Assembly: GCF_046119375.1 (NCBI RefSeq)
Contig: NW_027362769.1
Location: 365,986,001-366,050,000 of the forward strand
Reading direction: 5' to 3'
DNA from: Phyllobates terribilis
Lineage: Eukaryota
Length of the DNA stretch: 64,000 nt
Shown here: in pieces, positions 36,943 to 50,878 of the stretch
How positions within the stretch are numbered: position 1 is the stretch's first letter
Layout: the number at the start of each line of letters is the position of its first letter
Program-made: the position numbers and the translations under genes
Notes under the pieces: generated by a model
What the model saw: the letters and a program-made list of their open reading frames with translations, nothing else
The model's database searches: none
Told to the model about the DNA's origin: nothing

Positions 36943-37751
36943 TTGTGTTCTCTGCTCCATCCTGACAATCCAAAGGCTCTTTTCAGAGCCACCACATCTT
37001 CTAAGTGAGGCTACAATTTCCTGCTGGCGAGTAATAATCCCTGTGCTTCTGTGAATGTCAGTGCGAGATTTATACACTGTTTAATAGGAATTAAAATACT
37101 CAGTCATTGTTCATAATTGAGGCCCACCCTTCTCTCTACGATCACTGTGATTGGGGTAAGTGGCTCTGCGCCGTACAGTGGGGTAGAGCTTCCCCCAGAC
37201 CAGATAGCGTTCTCCCTACAAGCAGAGGAGCCGGTAATAAGACAAAGAACGATTGAGCGGGAAATTGAAAACAGCCAACGGATCTGTGATCAGCCAATGA
37301 CAGACAGACATCCTCAGGCGCCGATCAATACCGGATACAAGTATTTCTGCCACTGTTTAACTCTAGTAGCCGTGTGTTTTGTTGATCCCCACTCCGCACT
37401 TACACATGCTTTACAGAAGCGGGGTCTTCCCCAGACCCCGCGACGCTCACATCAGGCTCCTTGTAGAACCTGTGAGACTTCTCCTCAGTTGGATCGGAGC
37501 GAACACCACAGGGTATCAATGTAGATTAGTGGGTGAATGGGGAGCCTCCTGGATGTGTAGATGGAGCGGAGTAGAAGCATCAGATCACTGCTGAATATAC
37601 AGATAACGGCACTGAATGGAATTAACCCCTCTCCCGCCATCCCCTACTTGAGGATTGAATGGCGCTCATAGAACCCACTCCCAAAATAAGTCAGATTTTT
37701 AAAAGTTCGCTCTTCTAGAATTAGGACCTTGTTATCCTCAGGTGATCGGGG

Positions 37752-38744
37752 TGTGTCACCCCAGGCCTGGATGCCACAAATATTATAGGCTGTGTCTGAG
37801 AGCAGGAGTTAGGTTCCCTGGTGAGGGACAATTAGCATACAGCACCTCCTGTCCCAGGCCAGTAGGTGGAGCTGGCTGCCCTTATAAAAGCTGGAACTGA
37901 GGGCAGGGTTAGAGAGAACTGGACGACCTAGCTCAGGACTGAGACTAGTCCCAGAGAAGGAGGGACAGTTCAGCTGTAGCCAAGGAGTCCGTGAGGCAGA
38001 GGAGAAGCTGCGAGCCAGGGACAGAGGCGACGAGAGCCGGTTCTGGATGAGAGAACTACACCAATTGACATTGGGGTCCGAGGCTGTCAGGGTTGCAAGC
38101 CCAGCAGCAGAGAACCAACCCGCGAGGGATTTCAGGTCCCTTGGCCTAAGAAGCCTGGAGGCTCCGCCACACAGAGGGACCGGTACAGCACGAGGAAGCA
38201 AAAGGTACCCAAGGCCCGAGTCGCAAGCCATACAGGCGAAGTACATGGCCAGCTCAGGGACGTGGGCTATTACACCACGAAAAGGGGGATAGTCAGCAAG
38301 GGCAGAGTGAGAACGGTAGGCCTTCACACTCACCCTGACCAGTGGGGCTCGCCCGAATGCTCTCAGACACCCAGGCCCATTCCTACCCGGTACTCCTGTC
38401 GGGTCATTAGTAATACCTACAATAAAGACCCTGGACTGTTTGAAGCGGATTCTGAACTCTTATTATTGCGGCCTGCACTATCACCACCAGCATTCACATA
38501 CGCTTCCCTGAGGCTACACTCTTCCCGTTGGGAGTTATCCTATCCCTGTGCTGCACACCAGCATCAGCGGTCTGCCTTGCAGTGGCGGTCATCCCTGACC
38601 GCAACCCACGGGTGGCGTAGTCGGACATTCATAACTCTACAAATAGACTGCCACAGCATTTGGTCTGACCACCCTGAGCCACGGGATGGGGTTGCCACTA
38701 CTACCCCCATCATCGCACTAAAGCCCGGTTCCGGGTGCCCCACG
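37752..38744 (+). mobile_element. Probable solo LTR related to the 57458 Gypsy LTR
   Basis: Starts TGTGTCACCCCAGG; TATAAAA and AATAAAGAC; several blocks shared with 57458-58451; right boundary approximate. Confidence 0.6.
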
Positions 38745-41700
38745 GCTCAGGGGGCAAGTCAGGGGCAGATCTAAGCTCTTTTCCCACAGATCCGGAGGTC
38801 CAGCAAGTTGTCTTTGTGCAAGTTTGTAAACAGTTTAGTGAGGAAGGCTGTCAATTGTATGACTTACCTTATTAGCAGCCGCATTGTATGTATGAAAAAC
38901 TGGCTTCTCACGGGCAAGGACCTAATGTTCACCCTTCCCCGTTGTCCCTTGTACTCTTCAGTATAGACTATATCACTGTCCAGCATGAGTAAAGCAACCA
39001 TTGCGCTATAACAGGAGTAACATGTACGAGGACCAAGCTATGAGTCCTCTGCAGCGGCCCTTAGAGGATCAACAGTCGGCCCTCACTATTGTTAGAGGGC
39101 CATCAACCGGCTATGCTTTGTTGTTCCCATTATTAAAAAGTGGGTCTCCTTTACTGTTATTGCGTATGCAGTAACTGTCAATTCCCGACGCCTGCACAAT
39201 GGAACCCTGCGGTACAGTGCACGGCGAGACGGGGCCAGGATGAAGCAAAGCGCGCCTTATGTGAGCGGCATTTTGCGCATGCCCGAGTAGTGAGGTAGAA
39301 CAGAGCTCATCACAGGTCCCTGTGACGTGCAGGGCAGTGGGATAATATGGTAACTAAGCATATAGGCGGATATTTTGGGGAACAATAAACAGATGGGGAT
39401 TTATTGGTTTCCGGGGGACACCAATCCTGTGGAAAACAAAGTAGATGAAAGCACTTTTCTCTGAAATCAAACCTCTACTATGGGCCATACAGGTATGTAT
39501 AGATTTTCTTTTCTTTAACTTGTATGCCCATAGTAGAGGTCTGATATCTCCCAGGGGGTGACAGAATCCCTTAAAATAATGTGTCTGTTGTATTTCAAAT
39601 AAAGTGTTTACTCTGTGTCTGTGTGTTTATTTAATTCTTTACTTTATTTTATTTAGGTTTGGTAATGAAAGGGTCTGATTGACATTGTGTCATCACGAAA
39701 CAAAAGAGCTAGGTGTCAGCTAATCCAATTCACCCAATTTTCATCAGCATTCCCATTCATGTAATTTCTGGGGCAGCTGAAAGCTGCTACTTTTAGCCTA
39801 GGAAGGTGCCATTAGTCAAACATGTTCCCTGACTATAATAACAGCTCACAGTTGTTTCATTAGCCTATGACGTAGCATATTTTTTCTGTCTCAAAAACAC
39901 GGTGTTCTATTGCCGCACTTTTGTTGTCGGTACATGTGAATCCACCGCATAAAATGAAACTTCAATCGGTTAACATCTGCAGCAGAAACTAGCTACAGAA
40001 ATTGACATGCTGCGGGTGAGTTTGGGGATATGGCCACGATCAGGAGCCGCTGCAGGTTTGACGCTGCGTGTTTTTAAAGGATGAAACCTGCAGCGTTGAG
40101 ATGTTACAGGATAGTGGATGGGATTTCTAGAAATCCCATGTCCACTATGCATGCATCTGAGTGTGCGTATCACCCGTGGACATTGTCATGTGGCGCGTCT
40201 TTCAGGACCGCAGCATGTCAAATTCTCTTGCAGAGACGCTAGTCTCCGTAACCGAAATGTGACCTCTAGAATGCATTAAATGTGGTAAATCCGCATATTT
40301 TAGTGAACACATGTGGATTTACCTGCGTTCAAAAGAATGCAACGTTTTGGAAGAATATGTGTCTAAAGCCCTGCAAAGTCTGAATCATGGGCACAGAGCC
40401 TAAAATTTTTAAAAAATTATGGCATGGGCTCCTGAGTCATTTTTATAACCAGCAAAGGGAAAGCCGGCCGCTGGAGGCTGATATTAGTAGCTTGGGAAGG
40501 GGCCATTAGCCCAACAATGTTCCCTGGCTATTAATAACAACCTATAGCTGTTTGCTTAGCCTTTACTGGCTAGATTACAGTGGGATCCCAGAAAAAAATT
40601 GACATAGGGTCCCCCTATTAATTCTAACCAGAAGAGTCTATACAGACAGCTGCATGCTGATATTAATAGCCAAGGAAGGGGCCATGGATCCTGTCCCCTC
40701 CGCGGCTAATAATATCACCCCTCAGCAGTCCCAGAAATGGCGCATCCGCTTTTCTCACTGCCCTGTAGCAGTGGCGAGTGTGGTAATGGGGTCTGGGTTC
40801 ATGTCAGCCTTGTATTGGCGGCTGACGTGAAGCTCAGGTTAGTAATGGAGGGCGTCTATAAGACGCCCCCATTACTAACCGTGTAGTAAAGTTTTCACCG
40901 CTTTGTAAAATAAAAAAAAGTTTTCACTGCTTTTTAAATTAAATAAAAGACAAGGCCAGAATAAAGTATTTTAATGAAATAAAAATACCCACGGTTTTAA
41001 TATTTTTTTTATTATATGCTCAGTCCCCGAAACCCTCGATGTTCTGTAAAAAAAATAAAAAACAACCATATCCCTCACATGTCCGCCATCATCACGCAAT
41101 CCAGATTGTCCCTCGGCGATTCGGGTCAATTCTACAGCAGTGACATCAGCAATCACTGATGTCACTGGTGTAGAAGACAGCAATGTACACTGACAGGGGT
41201 GTAATCACTACTGCCAGTATACATTGCAGCTGCAAGAGTGAGGTCACTTGGGTTCATAAGCTGAAGATCAGAAGATCAGCCCCAGCCCAGTTATCTCAGC
41301 CTCTGTGGAATGTGGGAACATTCTTGAGAATGTTCCCACGCAGCACCGGTGCCGTAAAGTGAGGTCACGTGAGCTCTGAGCTGATCTTCAGCTGAGAGCT
41401 CATGTGACCTCAGGTCCTGGCAGCGCAGCAAAGTACACTGCTGGAAGCGAGCACTCTCCCAGCAGTGTACCGCCGGCCTCCGGGCTGAACACGTCACCGG
41501 GGACATTGTAAGGACCAGGAGGACATCGGGAGCTGTCAGACAGGTGAAGATAGTGATTTTTTATTTTTTCTTACACAGCGCGCAGCCCCGACTCGGCTGA
41601 GAACACTGCTGATCCCCTCAGCCGCGCCGCTCTCGCTATTATCAGCGGGACTGGTGGTCGGATGATGGGAGTAGTCGCCCTCCCCAGCCAATCCGGGTAC

Positions 41701-41778
41701 CACTCTATGTGCGTTTCTGCAGCGTTTCCCGCCCATTGACTTTAATGGAACCGCAGCAAATCCACAAGTATAAATATT

Positions 41779-41940
41779 AGTAGATGGTGGCCCGATTCTA
41801 ACGTATCGGGTATTCTAGTATATATATGCGGTCAAGCCGAGCGCAATCAGCAGAGCGTTGTTTAAATTTGGAGCCAAAATCACTGATTGGTCGCGACCAC
41901 CGACCGCGACCACTCAGCAAGGCGGTGTTTAAATTTGCAT
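41779..41940 (-). mobile_element. 3'-end fragment of the same Helitron family
   Basis: GATGGTGGCCCGATTCTAACGTATCGGGTATTCTAG plus 1-2 array units. Confidence 0.8.
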
Positions 41941-42752
41941 TTGTCAAAACCTGACAAATGCAATGGACGAGAGCGTTCAGAAGCTCCTTTCGAACAAGGG
42001 GTCCTATGTGCAAATGTAACATCACCTAGAATAAAGTTTTGAGTTGAAAACTGTTTGATTTCAGTTTGTAATAACCTGCTAATGCTTATAATTTCAAAAA
42101 TGACCATTTTTTTTGTTCTTTATTAAAATGAAAAGGTTGAAAACTCTGCTGTGCATAATAATTTGGAACATGCATTTTGAGTGCAGTTTGAGTTTTTTAT
42201 TTTTTTTTTAAATATACTGTTATCATAGGCAGTTTGTACAAAAACCTTTCAATCGTACTCTAATAGTTATTTGACTGGAAAATTACAATGACTGCAATTC
42301 ATATAGGTAATTTGGGAAAATCTGAGAAAATATTATTTGCATAATAATTTGGAACACAGTGTATATAATTGTTGTGTAGTCTGTGCACTATATACAGCTG
42401 TGCTCTGTGTGTAGACGCTTCATTTTGTGTCTTCTCTCAGTAGTTCACCTTTTGCACAATAGTGGGGTGTACTTATATTACAGGTCAGGGAGGCCATCAC
42501 CTGTGTTACCCTTCTGGGCTCTCAGCAGCTGCAGATCGTCTCCACATCGTACAATCCGCTTTCTGTACGACAGACATTATCCGGGCAGAGAAGCACAACT
42601 GGAGTGCGGAGCTTCACTCTGTTGGGAGGAGACGGGGCCCATGTTCAGTGTCAGTGGATAAAGAGGGAGAGGACAAGAGGAAGAGCAGAAGAGCGACCAG
42701 TACCTGAGCAGGAAAGAATCTCCTGAGGAGGATGTGATGACTGAGGATCTAA

Positions 42753-42860
42753 CTGCATGCCTGACCTATACTGCATGCCTGACCTATGCTGCATGCCTGA
42801 CCTATACTGCATGCCTGACCTATACTGCATGCCTGACCTATACTGCATGCCTGACCTATA
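42753..42860. repeat. 18-bp tandem repeat, 6 copies
   Basis: CTGCATGCCTGACCTATA. Confidence 0.9.
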
Positions 42861-43695
42861 GGCTCCTGACAGCAGAGTGTAATGTTTTGAGCAATGAACT
42901 CTCAGCAATCTGCAATCCACAATCGTACAAGTCCTGTCACAAACCTCCTGCCTTTAGCTGTAGAATTGATCTGTAAATGGATTACTGGAAAACTGCTGAG
43001 GAGATGATCGGGGAGACATAATGAGATCTGCATGGGAAAGTAGAATTGATCTTTCTAGAAATGTTTCTTGTAGGATAAATCCCCGATCAGTATATAGTCC
43101 TCCACAATAGTGATTGTGATGCAATGTACTGAAGAAAAAGATCTGCTGCCCTAATCCCGAAACTCTACAGACTCCTGTATGTGATGTAAACGAGGAATAA
43201 TCGCTGCACACATGCAGGTGTTCCCGATATCGGCCCGACATAGGACCACGTGTTATATGATGACAAAGAACAGAAAATCCATCAAGCACTGAGCGGGAAT
43301 TCACCCATTGGTAACATTAGCTCCTCCTCTTCCTCTGCGGATTATGAATTTCCCGCTCATTGCAGTTTCCACAACTTCTAAATGTAATGATGTAATTTCT
43401 TCCTCTGTGAAAAGAAGTGACCGGAATTATAGATAAATTCTACACAAATATCTCATGTTATTCGGAGAAACAAGAACTAACCGAATCAGGTTATACCGGA
43501 TGGAGGAGACCCCGGAATATCAGATCTGGGGAGCAAGTGGTTGAGTAAAAAGCCACTGAACACAGGACAACTCGCTCATAAGATTACTGAAAGGATCAGA
43601 GCTGTGAAGGAACTCATTCATAGGTTTCACCATCAGTCTAGAAAGGGTTAATCGGCTCTACTAGCGCCACCTGCCATATACCCTGTGAATAGACA

Positions 43696-44005
43696 GAACA
43701 CAGGAGCAGCCACAGCTCTGATGTAGACGGGAGAGGACACAGGAGCAGCCACAGCTCTGATGTAGACGGGAGAGGACACAGGAGCAGCCACAGCTCTGAT
43801 GTAGACGGGAGAGGACACAGGAGCAGCCACAGCTCTGATGTAGACGGGAGAGGACACAGGAGCAGCCACAGCTCTGATGTAGACGGGAGAGGACACAGGA
43901 GCAGCCACAGCTCTGATGTAGACGGGAGAGGACACAGGAGCAGCCACAGCTCTGATGTAGACGGGAGAGGACACAGGAGCAGCCACAGCTCTGATGGAGA
44001 CGGGG
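43696..44005 (-). repeat. 39-bp minisatellite, 8 units, each containing the H2B HDE (AGAGCTGTG)
   Basis: Unit (minus strand) CTCTCCCGTCTACATCAGAGCTGTGGCTGCTCCTGTGTC, directly after the stem-loop at 44010-44025. Confidence 0.95.
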
Positions 44006-44058
44006 TGGTGGCTCTTAGAAGAGCCTTTGGGGTGATGGCGAGCAGCAGACGGAGCAGA

Positions 44059-45164
<1,106 letters not shown>

Positions 45165-46516
45165 GCGCCGCTCCTCCACATCTGTCCGAACAACCAAAGG
45201 CTCTTCTAAGAGCCACCACATCCTCCTCATCAGAGCCGGCACCGCTGGTGGATAAGAGAACCATCGCCTGCAGCGTCAGATAGAACTACACGATACATTG
45301 TTTACTATAGAGTAGAAGCATTAAATGCACAGGTCGATCCTGCTACATGTTACTGGTGTGGTGATGGTGCAGCGATTACTTTTACCTGGCTGGGCAGTGA
45401 TCTAGTATATTCAGCACATTATAGAAGGGATGATTGGTAAATATTTGCATAGGGGAAGATTAAGCATGGAGTCCAGTCATTTTTATTCCAATAAACCTAT
45501 AAATTGGACGATTATTTTTGCCTGGGTTTTCTGAGCTCCACACAATCCTCATGTAGGGGATGGGGGGAGAGGGGGTTAATTCCAATCAATGCCGTTATCT
45601 GTATATTCAGCAGTGATCTGATGCTTCTCCGCTCCATCTACACGTGCAGGAGGCTCCTCACTCACCCACGTATTCTTTGCGGATTCCCTGTGGTGTCGGC
45701 GCCGATCACTCCACAGACTAAGACAAGTCTCTGAGGTTCTACCAGGAGCCTGATGTGAGCGCTGCGGGTCTGGAGTGGGGGAAGGAGCCGCTTGTGTAAA
45801 GCATGTGTGTGATCAGCAGTCACACGGCCACTAAGGAGTTAAACGGAGGAGGAAACCCTTATATCTGGTTCCTAGTCATTGGCTAAACAGATCCGCGGTC
45901 ATCACATAGGAGTCTACATACCGGGTACACAGGGCGGCCATCTATCCAGCTGCCTCATGCAGTGAATATTCGCTGCCCCTGCGTCCTACACTGATCTGAA
46001 AAAAATATCATGTAGCAGAATCAACACATTCATCTCATGGCAAGACTTGGATTTCTGTTCTGTAATAACCGCATCACAGCAGGGTATGAGCTGTGTGCAC
46101 AGAGCTATATGTATCACCACTCCCCCGCATCCACTGTGTGTAATATTTATGTTATAGATCCATAAGAAGACACATCACATCACCCAAAGTCAGCGGTGTC
46201 AGCTCCAGAAGTGAAAGACTGCGGAGCAGACACACCAGTACATGTCAGGAGTGTATAACAGACACGTCCCAGGCTGTAACAGCTACCAATATTACAGGCA
46301 GCCGCACAAAGGATCTCGTACTCTGCATATACACTGAGCCTGGTGCTAATCAGGACATACAGTCCACAGCTCTGCGCAATTATTAACGTTTCCGACTCCC
46401 CAGTATGTGGAGCACGAAACTTGATACCAGAGCGATCTACCAGCAAGAGGAGAAATCAGCAGAGCGCAGATCACCCCCAGCACAACAGGAAACTAGCCTC
46501 TCACTTAGATTTGGGT

Positions 46517-46585
46517 AGCTCTGAAAAGAGCCTTTGTGTTGCCAGGGTGGAGCATCTTGACAACCCAAAGGCTCTTTTCAGAGCC
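46517..46585. terminator. Two orphan histone stem-loops in divergent orientation, each followed by AAGTGAG
   Basis: Minus-strand GGCTCTTTTCAGAGCT (46517-46532) and plus-strand GGCTCTTTTCAGAGCC (46570-46585), 37 bp apart, no CDS between them. Confidence 0.9.
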
Positions 46586-47768
46586 ACCACATCTTCTAAG
46601 TGAGAGGCTACAATTTCTTGGGCTGGGCACTGATCTCTCATGTGCTCTGTATTCTTGCTGGTAGGAAGCTCGGGTGTCTGGTTCTCATCAGTGCAGGGTT
46701 CATGCTCCGCATACTGAGGTGTTAGATAATGTAAACAGTTGTTTAGATCGATGGACTGTAATTCTAACACTAATGGGTTAACTCTGATCCGGGATTCCGG
46801 TTAATGTCATGTGATGTGTATGGCGGTTGGTTCTGTGACTTGATGATTGGTTGGTTGTAAGATTTGAAATTCCCGCTTTGAGGCTGATTTTTTTCATACA
46901 GTGTGTGGTCAGTACTGGCGACTATAGGACGATCTGTGTTGTGTAACGATCGCTTGCTCTAGACTGCCTCTGGATACTAGGTCTCTAGGTTTTCCGGATT
47001 AGGGGAGCAGTATTCTGATAGAAGACCCGGGGTTCAGCGAGGGTTAATGGGTATAAAGACTGAAGCCGCATCAACCAGATGAGATGGTGTCTTGTCTGCT
47101 CCCCCAGTCTTTCCACTCTGGAGCTGACACCACTGACTTCGGGTGATGTTTCTTCCCATTGATCTATAACATAAATATTACACACGGGTGTATGGGGAGG
47201 GGTGGTCGTACATATGTACCTCTGTGCACACAGTCCATACCCATTGTGATGCGTTTACCACAGAGCATTAGATCCAGGTCCTGCCGTGAAATGAATGAGT
47301 TGATTCTGCTACATATTTCCGGATCAGATCCGTGTGGGTTACAGATGGCAGCGAATATTCACAGTGAATATCGATGTATGAGGCAGATGGATGGATGGAC
47401 GCCCTGTGTACCTTGTATGTAGACGCCTATTTGATGCCCGTGTTCTGGGAACTAAATACTGGGGTTGACGGCGGCCTCTGAAGGTTAATACCCTCACCAG
47501 AATAATGATGGCGGCTCATCCTCCACCGGCCGATCAGGGGAGCGATCACCGTGTTTGGGTGACAAGCGGATCCGGAGAGCAGGACCCTGTATTCCCAGTG
47601 GGTACAGCTGCCCCCAGACCGGATTGCTCAGATTGCGATCTCCACTACAAGCAGAGGGGCCGGTAATAATCCGACAGATTTAGAACAACGATTGAGGGGA
47701 AATTCAAAACTGTGATCAGAGAATGAACGAGAGACCTCAGCCAGCGCCGACCAATACCCCATACAAAG

Positions 47769-48278
47769 AAAAAACCTGGGAGTCTGAACTGAAACGTAAA
47801 TTGATGTGCATGCAAAATGTAAATGCATGTTCACATAAGGCCACTAGACAGAGAAAAACCAAAGACAAGCAAAATACCCAAATAACTGGAATTAAATCGA
47901 TAAATCTCAAGTGCATAAAAATAATGATAAATAATAAAGGGTATTTAGTTAACATAATTTTGATCAAAATAATGTAAAAGCCATCCCGCACGTCACGGCA
48001 ACCCTTATGCGACAGTCCTAACTCTAATATTAAAACCTTACCATTTGTCAAGTGACATACATATGGATAAGGGCAGAGAGACTGAACCCTAGTAGAAGCA
48101 TGGACCTGAGAGGCAGAATGAACCTTTCAGCTCAGACAAAGGGCGGCCACACCCTTATATGCACTGAAGCACACTAAACTACAAGGAAAAAACCTGGGAG
48201 TCTGAACTGAAATGTAAATTGATGTGCATGCAAAATGTAAATGCATGTTCACATAAGGCCACTAGACAGAGAAAAACT
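47769..48278. repeat. About 90-bp direct repeat pair (47769-47860 and 48188-48278)
   Basis: GAAAAAACCTGGGAGTCTGAACTGAAA...CCACTAGACAGAGAAAAAC occurs twice; possibly a retroelement pseudo-LTR. Confidence 0.7.
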
Positions 48279-48889
48279 AGTATTTCCTCCATTTAACTCC
48301 TTAGTAGCCGTGTGTCTGCTGATCCCCGCTTCACACTTATTTTCATAAGTGGAGACTTCCCCCACATCAGACTCCTGGTAGATCATATGTGGCTTGTCTT
48401 AGTCTGTTATAGGATCGGCGCAGACACTACAGGGAATCCGGATAGAATATTACGTGGGTGAATGAGGAGCCTCCTGCCTGTGTAGATGGAGCGAAATAGA
48501 AGCACTGACAGGGATTAAACCCCTCTCCCGCCATCCTGTAACCGCAGATTGAGTATCGCTGGTAGAACCCAGATACAGTAGTTAGAATGATCTTATTGAA
48601 GTAGGACTCTGTGCAGTGATCGGGACAGATCTAATCTTTCTCCACAGATCCGGAAAGCCAGCTGGACATCTTTGGGCATGATTGTAAACCGTGTAGCGTG
48701 GAAGAATGTGGATTTTAAGAAATGGCTCAGTTGTAGACGATGCTGAAGTTGGTTTCTTATTTGTCCAGTTTCTTTTTTTTCAGGTTTAATTACAAAAACA
48801 AAAAAATACAGTAATAAAATTTATTGCAGCGAAGTCCCCTTATGTGAATACTCTTAAAAGGGGCTACAGAAGTCATAAAACTGGCACAA

Positions 48890-49800
48890 AAATGAGCATC
48901 GAAGTGGGCAATGAAGGGCGATATTGGAAAGGTTAAATTACTTTGGGCGAAGGACTAGGATGCCCCTCATCTAACTCAAGTTACTGCAGTCTGGCACAAA
49001 TGGGTTATGGGCATCACAACGGGCATCAAAGTGGGCAACTAGCCACTTTTCACAGATTTGAATAAGCAACTTGTGTTTTCCATGGGTTAAATTACATTGG
49101 GCCACTGATAACAAACCACCATTACATACATTCTGATGGCGCGCATAAAATTCAGATCACTCTAGGCTGGCCCAAAAGGGTTTTGGGCATCAGAACGGGC
49201 ATCAAAGAGGGCAAATAGCCACTTTTCACAGATTTGAATAAGTAACTGGTGTGTTTTAGGGGTAAAATGATTTTGGGCCACTGATCTCACACCACCACTA
49301 TATACATAGTGATGTCCCACGTCAAAAACAGGTCACTCCAGACTGGCCCAAATGAGTTCTGGGCATCAGAACCGGCAAATAGACATTTTTCACAGATTTG
49401 AAGAAGTAATTTGTGTTTTTCAGGGATTAAATTACTTTGGGCCACTGATCTCACATCAGCATTTCATATCTAGTGATGGCCCGCATAAAATTCAGGTCAC
49501 TCCAGCCTTGCCAAAATGGGTTCTGTGTATCAGAACGGGCATCAAAGCGGGCAAATAGCCATTTACTAGTGTTTTTCAGGGGTTAAATGACTTGGGCCAC
49601 TGAGCTCACACAGCCACTACATAAAGAGTGATGGCCCGCATAAAATTAAGATCACTCCAGCCTGGCCCAAATGGGTTGTGGGCATCAAAGCGGGCAAATA
49701 GCCAGTTTTCACAGATTTTAATAAGTAACTGTTGTTTTTCAGGGGTTAAATGACTTTGGGACACTGATCTTACACCACCAATACACAGATAGGGATGGCC
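48890..49800. repeat. Degenerate roughly 175-bp tandem repeats, probably hAT-internal
   Basis: Recurrent GGGCATCAAAG.GGGCAAATAGCC...TTTCACAGATTTGAA; hAT-like TIR end ATTCGCTGAACACTA near 50687-50701. Confidence 0.6.
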
Positions 49801-50878
49801 CACATCATAAAATAGTATCTGATACTAAAACAACTTTAGTGCACACAGCTTTCAATATCACAATAGCAACAGAAAAAAAAACAAAAAACAGATTTTGTGC
49901 TCTGCAATAAGAAGCTCTGCAGACTGCGCAGAGCACAATTTCAACCCAACTAAATGAAAAGATGCACTGCGCTTGCTTGATCACATTAGCAAGTGCAAAA
50001 AAAGATTCAAGGTATACTGAGACATGGAGCTCTATACCAGCGGTGCACAGCACTATTGTATGGCACGGGGCCTCTGTTTCTGTCAGTATCTCAGTACTTG
50101 CACAAGAACATCAAAAATGTGCTGCACCAGCGGTTGCAGAGGTACACAGGCCAGGAATTATCTACACTATCTGACTACCACACAAGCGCCCATCTATCTA
50201 GCTCATATCTCTCATTACACAGGAGAACACTGAGCTGCGTCTGTCTCCAGCAGTGACATGGATATAATGGCGCTGAGGGAACATGGCCGCTTTTTATATT
50301 GAGAGGACATGTGATTTCTGCAGCCAATTGCAGAAGCCCTTATGTCTGGACAGTGTAGATGCTTCTTGCGTTATGATTGGCTGGCCGCGCTTTCCTCAGT
50401 TAAAGTTACCGCCCACAGGAAAAAAAACAAAACAGTGTGCCGCTGATCTGACCTGTTCTAAACTCTCCACAGCCCCCACAATCACCTGGCACATGTCACC
50501 GCTCATCATACACTTGCACTATGCTAACAAAATTGTTCAAAACGCCGTGGTTGCCCTGTATTCACGATCCCACGCAAATTCGTCAAACTTTTCCGATTTT
50601 AGGAAAATTTGCTCGCCTTTGCGAACACGAATCCGAATGTGCCATATTCGTGCCGAATTTGAAACTTTCGAACATTCGCCGAACAAATTCGCTGAACACT
50701 AATACCCATGTCTGGGTGTGAAGGGGTGCATGGGAACAGACTCTTCAAAAAAACCCACTGGATTTGAGTTTATGTTACGATGCTATCATCCAGAGGTATC
50801 GAGAAGTCTGGCCCAATCCAACCCTTGTTCATTTTGATGAGTCAGCCTGTCAGCATTTTCAGTATTTTCAGTTGACAG

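Noticed and set aside
47985-48060. Possible second Penelope-type ribozyme (CTTGACAAA...CCGTGACGTG, minus strand)
   Set aside because: The GAAA core is missing and the stems are unconvincing.
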